Shown piece after piece: positions 24,801 to 35,254 of a DNA stretch of 64,000 bases. The stretch comes from Aplysia californica (lineage: Eukaryota). The DNA is taken from positions 266,099 through 330,098 of the forward strand of contig NW_004798005.1 in the NCBI RefSeq assembly GCF_000002075.1, in the 5' to 3' direction. The notes beneath the pieces are model-generated. The model did not search any database, was not told where the DNA came from, and worked only from the letters and a program-made list of their open reading frames with translations. Each line of letters starts with the position of its first letter. The stretch's first letter is position 1. The translations under genes were made by a program, and so were the position numbers.

Positions 24801-26109
24801 AACCTTTCTGCTGTCTCAAATATCCTATATAATTCAGTCACTATCTTTACCCGAAAGAGTTTTGAATACAATTGATACTTTGTTCTTTAAGTTTCTGTGG
24901 CAGAAGAGGCACTCAAACAAGAAAGCACGCGAGAAAGTAAAAAGAACGGTAATGTGTAGATCGATTGAGGAAGGAGGTTTGGGTGTTATAAGTGTTAAAG
25001 ATCAACAGAAAGTTTTTCTATTAAATTGGTTAAAACGTATGGCAACTGTTACCGAAGGCAGACCCAACAATATTCCCAACAGAATTTCAGACTTAGCTTT
25101 TACGGAGGTAGGAGGGTGTGATTACTTTTTTTCGGCTACAGCAAACTGCAAGAAAACGGGAAAATTGTGTCATGCCTCTAAGTTCTGGGAGAGTGTGATG
25201 GATACATGGATCGAAATGGCTTCTATAAAAAAAGAACCAAGCTCCACGATAGAGATACTTATGGAACCTTTGTTCAATAACCGAAACATAAAATATAAAG
25301 GAAAATCATTGTACCTAAAAAGATGGATGAACTCGGGTATAAAATATGTATATCATCTGTATGATAGGAGAATATTAAAAAGTAAGGAGGAATTGTCTCA
25401 TATCACAGGGACATATGCTGCCTTTGATTTTGACTATTATGCGTTGATGAATGCTCTTCCTACACAGTGGAAGCAAGACGTCAGTGACAACAACACCGAG
25501 GAACTTTTGGTAAATACCAGAGAGGTAATAAATACGAATGGTAAGAAAACTGTTCTAGAGATACTGAGCAAATCGAACAGAGAGATCAGACAACTTCTAA
25601 AATACAGAAGACATGCAGAAATTTGTGGTCGGAATTTTTGGATGAGAAAAATGAACATTGACATAACATGTAAATACAACATAGCACACAGGTCAACGAA
25701 AGAATCTCGACTTAGATTATTGCATTTTAAAATCCTCCATAACATCTTCCCAAGTAACATTCTTCTCAATCGCCTAGGCATTAAAAATACTGAACTATGT
25801 GAGCACTGTGGTGTCAAAGACGTTATTGAGCACATGTTTATTCATTGTACCTTATTAAAAAACTTCTGGAAATACGTATTTCATACGATTTGTCTCAAAA
25901 CTTCCTCCCGTTTTCCCATGACTGACTGTAACATACTTTTTGGTTTCAGTGAACGAGGGCAAGGTGTAACAGAAGCCCAGTTAAACATCGCTAACCACAT
26001 TCTTTTGATCGCAAAGATGTGTGTTAGCAAGTTACGCTACAGCAAAGCGACAAATATACAAATCTTGTTTGAATCGGAGCTGGAGCTGAGAGAAAGTAGG
26101 TGGTCGTAA
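18892..26109 (+). CDS. Tx1-like ORF2 with tandem duplication: APE endonuclease-RT-CCHC fused to truncated EN-RT-CCHC (2405 aa)
   Basis: EN motifs SLNCRGL, CLQET, GDFN, RLDYIF, TDH. RT motifs NWRPITL, LDFQRAFD, QGCCTSP, YADD. Zinc finger CEHC..HMFIHC. Unit 19027-22494 is repeated at 22495-25962. Confidence 0.93.
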   Translation: MSIKIASLNCRGLNKKLKRRAIFRKCTQYDIICLQETYVTNTTAREWSLEWSGDFFYSEGTNKSKGQIILVNKHFKYKTVELCIKTERILGLSFSIDDVSYVAINVYGPVVKNDKLDFIDKLYSVLKDEKADHTIICGDFNVVHNNTLDIVTGEKHDDMSTQKFRDWIANCQIVDTWRGVHGEEKDFTWSRPTPFTARRLDYIFCNTKLFPFVIDSKHTFVYGTDHKAVITTVRTEQFKRGPSYWKFNNSLLKDKEYVNSMEKCIDEYLERTLDETDKTIRWELLKVMIKSHTIDYCIRKCRALKLREILITEELLKLNDQVVKTPHDLTLLKQFEAKKKELEIYQLHKARGAQIRSRQKWIEEGEKNTKYFLRMEQMRGGSNVITSLQDDKNNNLYGHVDIVDSIKNHFERLYKKDHNIETNKVDDFMQGCSFPVLDDVDKEICDSELSIVELDAIVNKLNIDSAPGIDGITTPFYKFFWSKLRKPLFTNFQQCLETGELSPTQRRGVISLLHKGKNLRRDNIKNWRPITLTNTDYKIFSKILAIRLQRVMPILINENQTGFLKGRSISEHIRTLDDIIYVASEKNLPGMVVSLDFQRAFDTVEKGTILATLKKFNFGEGFINMVGVLMANTECCVQNGGWLSEWLNTERGIKQGCCTSPLLFVLVAELMSIKLRNNSSISGMSTILSGEIINFCKVLQYADDTTLILKDQEDLASALLDIDSFGSISGLRLNKDKSQGMWIGSDRTRTEKLGGISWVPNGNTIKILGIHFSATEEASRIELNWIDKIENMKNIMKMWMKRNPSLYGKVIICKTFLLSQISYIIQSLSLPERVLNTIDTLFFKFLWQKRHSNKKAREKVKRTVMCRSIEEGGLGVISVKDQQKVFLLNWLKRMATVTEGRPNNIPNRISDLAFTEVGGCDYFFSATANCKKTGKLCHASKFWESVMDTWIEMASIKKEPSSTIEILMEPLFNNRNIKYKGKSLYLKRWMNSGIKYVYHLYDRRILKSKEELSHITGTYAAFDFDYYALMNALPTQWKQDVSDNNTEELLVNTREVINTNGKKTVLEILSKSNREIRQLLKYRRHAEICGRNFWMRKMNIDITCKYNIAHRSTKESRLRLLHFKILHNIFPSNILLNRLGIKNTELCEHCGVKDVIEHMFIHCTLLKNFWKYVFHTICLKTSSRFPMTDCNILFGFSERGQEWSLEWSGDFFYSEGTNKSKGQIILVNKHFKYKTVELCIKTERILGLSFSIDDVSYVAINVYGPVVKNDKLDFIDKLYSVLKDEKADHTIICGDFNVVHNNTLDIVTGEKHDDMSTQKFRDWIANCQIVDTWRGVHGEEKDFTWSRPTPFTARRLDYIFCNTKLFPFVIDSKHTFVYGTDHKAVITTVRTEQFKRGPSYWKFNNSLLKDKEYVNSMEKCIDEYLERTLDETDKTIRWELLKVMIKSHTIDYCIRKCRALKLREILITEELLKLNDQVVKTPHDLTLLKQFEAKKKELEIYQLHKARGAQIRSRQKWIEEGEKNTKYFLRMEQMRGGSNVITSLQDDKNNNLYGHVDIVDSIKNHFERLYKKDHNIETNKVDDFMQGCSFPVLDDVDKEICDSELSIVELDAIVNKLNIDSAPGIDGITTPFYKFFWSKLRKPLFTNFQQCLETGELSPTQRRGVISLLHKGKNLRRDNIKNWRPITLTNTDYKIFSKILAIRLQRVMPILINENQTGFLKGRSISEHIRTLDDIIYVASEKNLPGMVVSLDFQRAFDTVEKGTILATLKKFNFGEGFINMVGVLMANTECCVQNGGWLSEWLNTERGIKQGCCTSPLLFVLVAELMSIKLRNNSSISGMSTILSGEIINFCKVLQYADDTTLILKDQEDLASALLDIDSFGSISGLRLNKDKSQGMWIGSDRTRTEKLGGISWVPNGNTIKILGIHFSATEEASRIELNWIDKIENMKNIMKMWMKRNPSLYGKVIICKTFLLSQISYIIQSLSLPERVLNTIDTLFFKFLWQKRHSNKKAREKVKRTVMCRSIEEGGLGVISVKDQQKVFLLNWLKRMATVTEGRPNNIPNRISDLAFTEVGGCDYFFSATANCKKTGKLCHASKFWESVMDTWIEMASIKKEPSSTIEILMEPLFNNRNIKYKGKSLYLKRWMNSGIKYVYHLYDRRILKSKEELSHITGTYAAFDFDYYALMNALPTQWKQDVSDNNTEELLVNTREVINTNGKKTVLEILSKSNREIRQLLKYRRHAEICGRNFWMRKMNIDITCKYNIAHRSTKESRLRLLHFKILHNIFPSNILLNRLGIKNTELCEHCGVKDVIEHMFIHCTLLKNFWKYVFHTICLKTSSRFPMTDCNILFGFSERGQGVTEAQLNIANHILLIAKMCVSKLRYSKATNIQILFESELELRESRWS

Positions 26110-27044
26110 AGCTCATCGATAGCACCTGCGGTGGTAAGATAAAATATATATATATATAAATATCCTGTTTCCAGCAGCTCATATCTGAAAGAAACGGATG
26201 GGAAAAGTGTGGTTTTACTTTTTTTTAAATATTAAAAAAATATCTATATACTTTTCTGGCAGTATATTGCATGATAACATTGTTCAATACCCCATTAGAC
26301 AAAGTTAACGGACGCCTTATGTTTGGGAGAAAAGATGGCCAGTCTCTATAGTATAACCATTCCCTCAGCACCCTACTCATCATAATAATAATGTTNNNNN
26401 NNNNNNNNNNNNNNNNNNNNNNNNNNNNNNNNNNNNNNNNNNNNNNNNNNNNNNNNNNNNNNNNNNNNNNNNNNNNNNNNNNNNNNNNNNNNNNNNNNNN
26501 NNNNNNNNNNNNNNNNNNNNNNNNNNNNNNNNNNNNNNNNNNNNNNNNNNNNNNNNNNNNNNTCTTACTTTCCTTTTCCCTCCCTACCTCCCTCCCTTTC
26601 TCCTGTTCCTCTCTCTATTTCTTTCCTTTTCCCTCCCTACCTCCCTCCCTTTCNNNNNNNNNNNNNNNNNNNNNNNNNNNNNNNNNNNNNNNNNNNNNNN
26701 NNNNNNNNNNNNNNNNNNNNNNNNNNNNNNNNNNNNNNNNNNNNNNNNNNNNNNNNNNNNNNNNNNNNNNNNNNNNNNNNNNNNNNNNNNNNNNNNNNNN
26801 NNNNNNNNNNNNNNNNNNNNNNNNNNNNNNNNNNNNNNNNNNNNNNNNNNNNNNNNNNNNNNNNNNNNNNNNNNNNNNNNNNNNNNNNNNNNNNNNNNNN
26901 NNNNNNNNNNNNNNNCTGTCAGTACTAGATCTATATGTTATTATCTAGATTTAGCTGGTAGCATATACACAGTTAATGATTTGTCAAATTTAAGATTCAT
27001 TTTCAAACGTCATTTTGGAAATTACACAAATGTATGACGAGACC

Positions 27045-27176
27045 GTGTAGATGCAGACACAGGGTGCTTGATTGGGGAGTTTGAGGCCGCTCCCCCCGAG
27101 GCGAGGGGATACAATATTGTGTGTAAATTGTTCCCTCTCGACTCGGGTTCGAGGATCCTGTGTCGGAATCTCCGCA
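27045..27176 (+). other. Predicted Y-shaped RNA structure in the LINE 3' UTR (copy at about 36191-36322)
   Basis: GACACAGGGT-G-CTTGA pairs with TCGAG-G-ATCCTGTGTC and encloses hairpins GGGGAG/CTCCCC and CCGAG-CGAGGGGA-ACAAT/ATTGT-TCCCTCTCG-CTCGG. Paired by eye. Confidence 0.6.
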
Positions 27177-28724
27177 ACTTCATATATAAATAAGTATAAA
27201 GTCTTTAACCCAATTGTGAATTGCTGCCTGCAAACCCCTTACGAAACCCCAAAAATAATCTCTACCACTGTACTAGCTACCTACTAAGGTCCTCTCTTCA
27301 CTTGTCTTGGTCCGCTAGAATAGGCTAATACTAACAAGGTCACCATAGCAGAGACTGTGCCCACCATTTCGGAACTTCACGGTGACATTAAAGATGGTTC
27401 CAGTAGGGAACGGGATAGCGGGTGCCCACATCCCTCGTGACTCATCAGAGCAGAGGAAGATAGGACTAACGCTAACATTATTTTTTTTTAAACAACAACA
27501 ATCAAATAACAGAAGCATGTTTTCTTATAATTATAAACGTAAGCACCATCCCACATCATCACTTACCACCACCATCACCGTCATTTCTAAGGTCATCATT
27601 GCTCTCAGATCCTTCACAAACATCTATAATTATCTTAAACATCTATATGTAACAGTTATATGTCATAACAAATTTGTACGTTATACATTATTGGGCACTC
27701 TCATACGCACATTTTTCTACTAATCAGATGGCGTCAATATCATAGACATGGGCAAGGGACCAAAAAAAAAAAAAAGATTTACTACGTAGGTGTCTTGTAG
27801 ACAAAGAAGATAAACCTTTTTCTTCATTTTCAGCAGCCAGTTCTCGTGTTTTTGGGATGGATTTGCGGGTTGGGATGGGAGTGGGTGTGAGGAGGTGTTA
27901 ATTACTGGTTTCACCCCATTCATTTAGACAAGTCTTGAACACTGCAACTAGTTAGTGTAAAAGAAATAGTTACTCTTGTAATTGCTTTTGGTAATGAAAA
28001 GGTAGACTTGTGAGTTATTGTAACTGATGAAATATAATATCTGTCTTAAAAAATTAGTCGAAGTCACCCCTTAATTTAACAGTGACAAATGTTAGTTTCT
28101 TTTGTACCACTCGAAAAGCAAAGCAGATATTCATATAAGAAACCTTTTACGAGCAAAGAAAAAGAATAATTTCGAGTTACGAGTAGACAAAAAATTTATA
28201 TAGAATTACTTTGTTCATAAACCCGCACTCTAACACATCTATAATTGTCGCTAAGAACAGACATACTGTTACAGAGACTGTAAAGCACATTATTATAGCT
28301 TGCCTTTCGGGTGGAATTTGGGCTAAACAATAATTGCTAGGGAACATGTCATAATAATAATATATCATAGTATAAAAAAAATAATTGGCCAGATAAACGT
28401 AGACTGAAACCGTCACTTTGAAGAAAACTGTAATTTGTTCTTAAAACGTGGAAAGCTGAACAAAGCCAGGCGAAACACTGATGTAAATAAGGCAAGTTGA
28501 GCGTCTCAGACAACATTCTTTCTGTATTTCTTTTTTATTATTGAAGGGACACCTTCAACAATGAAGTGAAGCATATCTGTGAGCATCATACCATTCCAGG
28601 CCTTCCTGGTCTTTGTTTATTTTGAATTGTGCAATTGAGAAAAAAAGCTATACTAGTAAATAAACATTATGTGCGTAAAAAACCCGTAGAAATAGACTCA
28701 TCCTAAGCTCCCCAACTGCATAAG

Positions 28725-28977
28725 ATGGTATCGTCCACGTCTGGAACAATTAACCATGTCACTTTCTCTTCGAATGAGAATACGATGGAGGCCATGACGT
28801 CTTCTTCCGTTAAGTTTGTACCTTTTCTCAGTAATGAAGAGCGGGGAGCCATAGCAATACTGAACTTCGTGGTCATCTGTGGACTTGTCAGTTTGATGGG
28901 CATTGTAGCCAACGTCATCAATATAGTGGTATTTGCGAAGCTTGGGTTCCAAGACTCCATGAATATAAGTCTTACCG
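28725..28977 (+). pseudogene. Orphan GPCR exon 1 (probable allelic duplicate of gene 3 exon 1)
   Basis: Nearly identical to 37868-38120 (one S/P change seen). Intact donor, but followed after 30 nt by the 100-N gap and no exons 2-3. Confidence 0.75.
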
Positions 28978-29007
28978 GTGAGAATGATATGATAGAGTGG
29001 CTTGAAA

Positions 29008-29107
29008 NNNNNNNNNNNNNNNNNNNNNNNNNNNNNNNNNNNNNNNNNNNNNNNNNNNNNNNNNNNNNNNNNNNNNNNNNNNNNNNNNNNNNNNNNNNNN
29101 NNNNNNN
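29008..29107. other. Scaffold gap (exactly 100 N) between the two near-identical blocks
   Basis: 100-N run at the junction of block copies A and B. Confidence 0.85.
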
Positions 29108-29177
29108 AAACAAAAGTGACAATGAACTGTAGTTCGTTTTTTTCTTCATGCACATGTACTGATATCAATATCATCAC

Positions 29178-29251
<74 letters not shown>

Positions 29252-30474
29252 ATCTCATCAATACCTCTTTCGACCTGAATCAGGGTATAAGTCACAAATA
29301 AATGCTTCTTTGTTTCCCTTATGTCGTGCTAGCTTCTATCTCGGGCTAGATCTAGAATGAAACAGCCGATTTAATAGAAAAAGAAACATCTCGATCAGAA
29401 CAGCCTGAAAAAAGGACAAATTATGAGCGTACTTGGAGGTTAAATCTGTCATCAAATTATGACCAGACGCAATGTTATAGCCATCCTGACCCCTACTACC
29501 TTTGCTCCCGTCAAAATCAGGTTGTTCTTTTCAGACTCAGAGCAGGAAAAGACATCATCTCTACACATAGTTTAGGATCGGCAACTTATAACAGTGTTTA
29601 TGCGAAACCGTCAGCCAAACAGCAAATCATAAAAGCGAGAGAGCCACTAGACGCCAGAATCCTTCTGTTTTCTTAAATATCACGTGGGATCCCACTGTAC
29701 TGGACAAATAATTTATTATCTGTCTTATCTATATTTGTTGGAGATTTAAAGTCAAACAAAAATTCTCCTAACAGAAATCACAAAGAAACAAAAAAAAATT
29801 TAGAAACAACCAAACAAAAGAAAACCAAAGGACACGTCGAAAAAATTCTCCTGATGTCCGTTTTCAATTAGGAATCAATTAAGTTTTACATGTTACCTCT
29901 CGCAAAACACATGGAAAGCGTCAACTTTCGACTTTCGTTTATTTCCGTTGTCTACCTCTGCTGGACAAAATAATATGATATTTATGGTAGATTTAAATCG
30001 TATTTTACAACAAAAGAATTGAACCTGGTGTTCAGATAATAAAGTGCACGGGGAGTACCGATTTGATTTACTACGTAGGTCACATCCGGTTTAATGGCGG
30101 CTGAGGTCAGTCGCTGTTTCTTAGCTCCTGTGTTATCGGTGATTTTGATACGGATTTCAGTGGAGAAAAGTGGTTGTAAGTGGTGGTAAGAGGTATCATT
30201 CGTATACTCAAGTAAGTTTTGATATTTTTGTTGTAATTTGTGCACTGTATACTGTCTTTTCTACTGTCTGCATAATTTTTTCTTCTCAGTGAACCTTGCT
30301 TCGAGCACGGTTTCATTGTTGTTTTTTCTATTCCTTCTCGCCTGGCTATCGCGCTGTGTTTTTTTCACTCCCTATCTCACTCTTACTCTTACTTGTTCTT
30401 TTCTGTATCCTGATATTACAGTTTCCTTGTTTTAATCATTCTTCTTAGGAATAACCGTCTACTGCTAAGTGAAC

Positions 30475-31418
30475 ATGATGGCAAAAAATAACAGTGAATC
30501 TGTCCCAGCCTGTTTTTTCTTTGCAGAGCATATTGACCGCTCTGTCACAGGCTACCAAATATGTAAGGCCTGTGAGCAAGTTGCCGGCGAGGGAAGTATT
30601 ATCGGAGCCCAAAAGCTCTATGGACTGTGGAGGATATACCCTGCTACGGTTCAGGCAAGAAACCAACTAATCATTAAGGGCATCATAATTAACAAAATGT
30701 TTGTCGCTATCCTCAGCGCCAGCCCGACGGTGACGAAAGGAACCAAGGACTCCCCCACATTGAAAGTCATCATTGGTAACATACCGTTGTCAGTGTCCAA
30801 TGATGAAATAGGAAAAGAGTTTAAGAAACTAGAGGGAGTGGCCATTCTTTCAAAGTTTTATGAAGAATGTTATAGGGACAACGAAGGAAAGTTGACCTTG
30901 TTTAAATCTGGTAGACGTTTTGTCTACATTAATGTCCCCCCTCACCCTCTCCCCAAAGATTTTCAGGTTGGACACTGGAGGCCAACGTTGTATCACTACG
31001 GCCAGAAAGAAAAAAAAGAGACGATGGGACCAATACAACCGGTGGAGATCAGCCCGCCCCCGACACCAATGTTCAAGCGACAATCCGTGAGGCTAACGCT
31101 GACACACAGGCGGAGACACAGGCAGAGACACACACCCTGCGTGCTGTAAGGCAAACAAATATGGACTCTTTTTTCCCGCAGCCTGACCGCTCCCGCCCCC
31201 CAGTACGCTCACCCCGAAGCCAGGACACAAGGTCTCCAAGTGTCAAGACGAGGAGACATAAAAGACAGGTGAGCGACGAGCCAGCTCGGTCACCGAGCGT
31301 GAAAGCTCGAAAACAGGAGGTGAGTGGCACGAGAAAAAGGCAAGATACGGTAGATTATTTTGATTATGAGGAGCCAGTGACTACCGAAACGTGTGAGCAC
31401 GAAGAGGTCGGTGCGTGA
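30475..31418 (+). CDS. Tx1-like ORF1, copy B (same frameshift)
   Basis: Matches copy A except V>A in EQVVGE/EQVAGE. Same A8 run at 31010-31017. Confidence 0.8.
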
Positions 31419-31505
31419 GTGGTGTGTCCACGTTTCGGTAGCCATTGGTAACGACTTGGACAGGTAAAAGGACTTTGAGTTTGGTTTTGCGTCTGACTGT
31501 TTTGG

Positions 31506-34500
31506 ATGTCTATAAAAATTGCCTCCCTTAATTGTCGGGGCCTCAACAAAAAACTAAAAAGAAGAGCAATATTCCGTAAATGTACACAGTATGACATAAT
31601 TTGTTTGCAAGAGACTTATGTCACCAATACTACTGCACGTGAGTGGAGTTTAGAATGGTCTGGGGATTTCTTTTATAGTGAAGGGACAAACAAAAGCAAA
31701 GGGCAAATTATATTAGTTAATAAACACTTTAAGTATAAAACAGTGGAATTATGTATAAAAACTGAGAGAATACTTGGGTTGTCTTTCAGTATTGATGATG
31801 TTTCATACGTAGCAATTAATGTATATGGTCCAGTAGTTAAAAATGATAAATTGGATTTCATTGATAAGCTCTACTCTGTTCTTAAAGATGAAAAGGCAGA
31901 CCACACGATCATATGTGGAGATTTCAATGTTGTTCATAACAATACCCTTGATATTGTGACAGGAGAGAAACACGACGACATGTCCACACAAAAATTCAGG
32001 GACTGGATCGCCAACTGTCAGATCGTTGATACCTGGCGGGGTGTGCACGGTGAAGAAAAGGATTTCACCTGGTCCAGGCCTACACCCTTTACAGCACGGC
32101 GGCTGGACTACATATTTTGTAATACTAAGTTATTTCCCTTTGTTATAGACTCTAAACACACATTTGTATATGGTACGGATCATAAAGCAGTCATAACTAC
32201 TGTTCGAACTGAACAATTTAAAAGGGGGCCTTCATACTGGAAATTTAATAATTCATTACTAAAAGACAAAGAGTACGTTAACTCAATGGAGAAATGCATA
32301 GACGAATATTTAGAACGGACTTTAGATGAAACAGATAAAACCATAAGATGGGAACTTTTGAAAGTCATGATAAAGTCACATACAATTGACTATTGTATTA
32401 GAAAGTGCAGAGCACTCAAACTAAGGGAAATTCTAATAACGGAAGAACTTTTGAAATTAAATGATCAAGTAGTGAAAACCCCCATGACCTTACATTGCTT
32501 AAACAGTTTGAAGCCAAAAAGAAAGAATTAGAAATATATCAACTACATAAGGCCAGGGGAGCACAAATACGATCAAGACAAAAATGGATTGAGGAAGGGG
32601 AAAAGAATACGAAATACTTTCTTCGGATGGAACAAATGAGAGGTGGTAGTAATGTTATAACTTCTTTACAGGATGACAAAAACAACAATCTGTATGGTCA
32701 TGTAGATATTGTGGATAGCATTAAAAATCACTTTGAACGTTTATATAAGAAAGACCATAATATTGAAACAAACAAAGTTGATGATTTCATGCAAGGATGT
32801 AGCTTTCCAGTACTCGATGATGTTGATAAAGAAATATGTGATAGCGAACTAAGCATTGTTGAATTAGATGCCATTGTTAATAAGTTGAATATTGATTCAG
32901 CACCTGGAATCGATGGAATTACCACCCCTTTTTACAAATTTTTCTGGAGCAAACTGAGGAAACCTTTATTTACAAACTTCCAGCAGTGTCTAGAGACGGG
33001 AGAGTTATCTCCCACTCAAAGAAGAGGCGTTATTTCTTTATTACATAAAGGGAAAAATTTACGAAGGGACAATATAAAGAACTGGAGACCGATAACGTTA
33101 ACAAACACGGACTACAAAATCTTCTCCAAAATATTAGCTATACGGCTACAGCGTGTTATGCCAATTTTAATAAATGAAAACCAAACTGGCTTCTTGAAAG
33201 GCAGGTCCATTTCGGAGCACATTAGGACACTTGACGACATTATCTACGTAGCATCTGAAAAAAATCTACCAGGTATGGTGGTATCTCTGGATTTTCAACG
33301 CGCATTCGACACTGTAGAAAAGGGAACAATATTGGCCACATTGAAAAAGTTTAACTTTGGAGAAGGATTTATAAATATGGTGGGAGTTTTAATGGCTAAC
33401 ACAGAATGTTGTGTACAAAATGGGGGATGGTTGTCAGAATGGCTCAACACAGAGCGAGGAATAAAACAAGGTTGCTGCACAAGTCCACTTCTTTTTGTAC
33501 TTGTTGCTGAGTTGATGTCAATAAAGTTAAGAAACAATAGCAGCATATCTGGAATGAGCACAATTTTGTCAGGGGAAATAATTAATTTTTGCAAAGTTTT
33601 GCAGTATGCTGATGACACCACTCTGATTCTAAAAGACCAAGAAGACCTTGCTTCAGCCTTGTTGGACATCGATTCTTTTGGTAGCATCTCTGGGCTCAGG
33701 CTGAACAAGGATAAATCACAAGGTATGTGGATTGGAAGTGATAGAACACGCACTGAAAAATTAGGAGGAATCAGTTGGGTCCCTAATGGGAATACAATTA
33801 AGATACTAGGTATTCACTTTAGTGCAACAGAGGAAGCATCTCGCATAGAACTTAATTGGATAGACAAAATAGAAAATATGAAAAATATCATGAAAATGTG
33901 GATGAAAAGGAATCCATCCCTATATGGGAAAGTAATTATTTGTAAAACCTTTCTGCTGTCTCAAATATCCTATATAATTCAGTCACTATCTTTACCCGAA
34001 AGAGTTTTGAATACAATTGATACTTTGTTCTTTAAGTTTCTGTGGCAGAAGAGGCACTCAAACAAGAAAGCACGCGAGAAAGTAAAAAGAACGGTAATGT
34101 GTAGATCGATTGAGGAAGGAGGTTTGGGTGTTATAAGTGTTAAAGATCAACAGAAAGTTTTTCTATTAAATTGGTTAAAACGTATGGCAACTGTTACCGA
34201 AGGCAGACCCAACAATATTCCCAACAGAATTTCAGACTTAGCTTTTACGGAGGTAGGAGGGTGTGATTACTTTTTTTCGGCTACAGCAAACTGCAAGAAA
34301 ACGGGAAAATTGTGTCATGCCTCTAAGTTCTGGGAGAGTGTGATGGATACATGGATCGAAATGGCTTCTATAAAAAAAGAACCAAGCTCCACGATAGAGA
34401 TACTTATGGAACCTTTGTTCAATAACCGAAACATAAAATATAAAGGAAAATCATTGTACCTAAAAAGATGGATGAACTCGGGTATAAAATATGTATATCA

Positions 34501-35254
34501 TCTGTATGATAGGAGAATATTAAAAAGTAAGGAGGAATTGTCTCATATCACAGGGACATATGCTGCCTTTGATTTTGACTATTATGCGTTGATGAATGCT
34601 CTTCCTACACAGTGGAAGCAAGACGTCAGTGACAACAACACCGAGGAACTTTTGGTAAATACCAGAGAGGTAATAAATACGAATGGTAAGAAAACTGTTC
34701 TAGAGATACTGAGCAAATCGAACAGAGAGATCAGACAACTTCTAAAATACAGAAGACATGCAGAAATTTGTGGTCGGAATTTTTGGATGAGAAAAATGAA
34801 CATTGACATAACATGTAAATACAACATAGCACACAGGTCAACGAAAGAATCTCGACTTAGATTATTGCATTTTAAAATCCTCCATAACATCTTCCCAAGT
34901 AACATTCTTCTCAATCGCCTAGGCATTAAAAATACTGAACTATGTGAGCACTGTGGTGTCAAAGACGTTATTGAGCACATGTTTATTCATTGTACCTTAT
35001 TAAAAAACTTCTGGAAATACGTATTTCATACGATTTGTCTCAAAACTTCCTCCCGTTTTCCCATGACTGACTGTAACATACTTTTTGGTTTCAGTGAACG
35101 AGGGCAAGGTGTAACAGAAGCCCAGTTAAACATCGCTAACCACATTCTTTTGATCGCAAAGATGTGTGTTAGCAAGTTACGCTACAGCAAAGCGACAAAT
35201 ATACAAATCTTGTTTGAATCGGAGCTGGAGCTGAGAGAAAGTAGGTGGTCGTAA
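31506..35254 (+). pseudogene. Tx1-like ORF2 (EN-RT-CCHC, about 1249 aa) split by a 1-bp deletion
   Basis: C5 at 32479-32483 versus C6 in both repeats of copy A splits it into 341-aa and 919-aa ORFs. May be a homopolymer sequencing error. Confidence 0.88.

Larger units (their letters stand above)
17467..27775 (+). mobile_element. Full-length Tx1/L1-clade non-LTR retrotransposon, copy A (with internal ORF2 duplication)
   Basis: 16-bp TSD GATTTACTACGTAGGT at 17451-17466 and 27776-27791. 5' end CACATCCGGTTTAATGGCGG; A14 tail at 27762-27775; ORF1 and ORF2 present. Empty paralogous site at 58691-58706. Confidence 0.95.
16497..29007 (+). repeat. Near-identical block copy A (matches 29108-38150 apart from the 3468-bp internal duplication)
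   Basis: Same flanks, same LINE insertion site and TSD, same masked-N lengths, and only scattered SNPs or small indels. Ends at a 100-N gap. Confidence 0.95.

Noticed and set aside
19059-25835. Antisense ORFs within ORF2 and within GPCR exons
   Set aside because: Shadow frames with no independent motifs; they recur only because the DNA is duplicated.
26396-26915. N runs inside the LINE 3' UTR as assembly gaps
   Set aside because: Identical lengths in both copies and low-complexity flanks indicate hard-masked simple repeats.
27040-27165. tRNA-like reading of the 3' UTR structure (GGTTCGAG)
   Set aside because: No T-stem around the motif; it pairs better in the long closing stem.
27345-27456. 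Minus-strand CTGATGAG...CGAAA resembling a hammerhead ribozyme
   Set aside because: Stems I and III cannot form (the flanks are direct, not inverted, repeats) and stem II does not abut GAAA.
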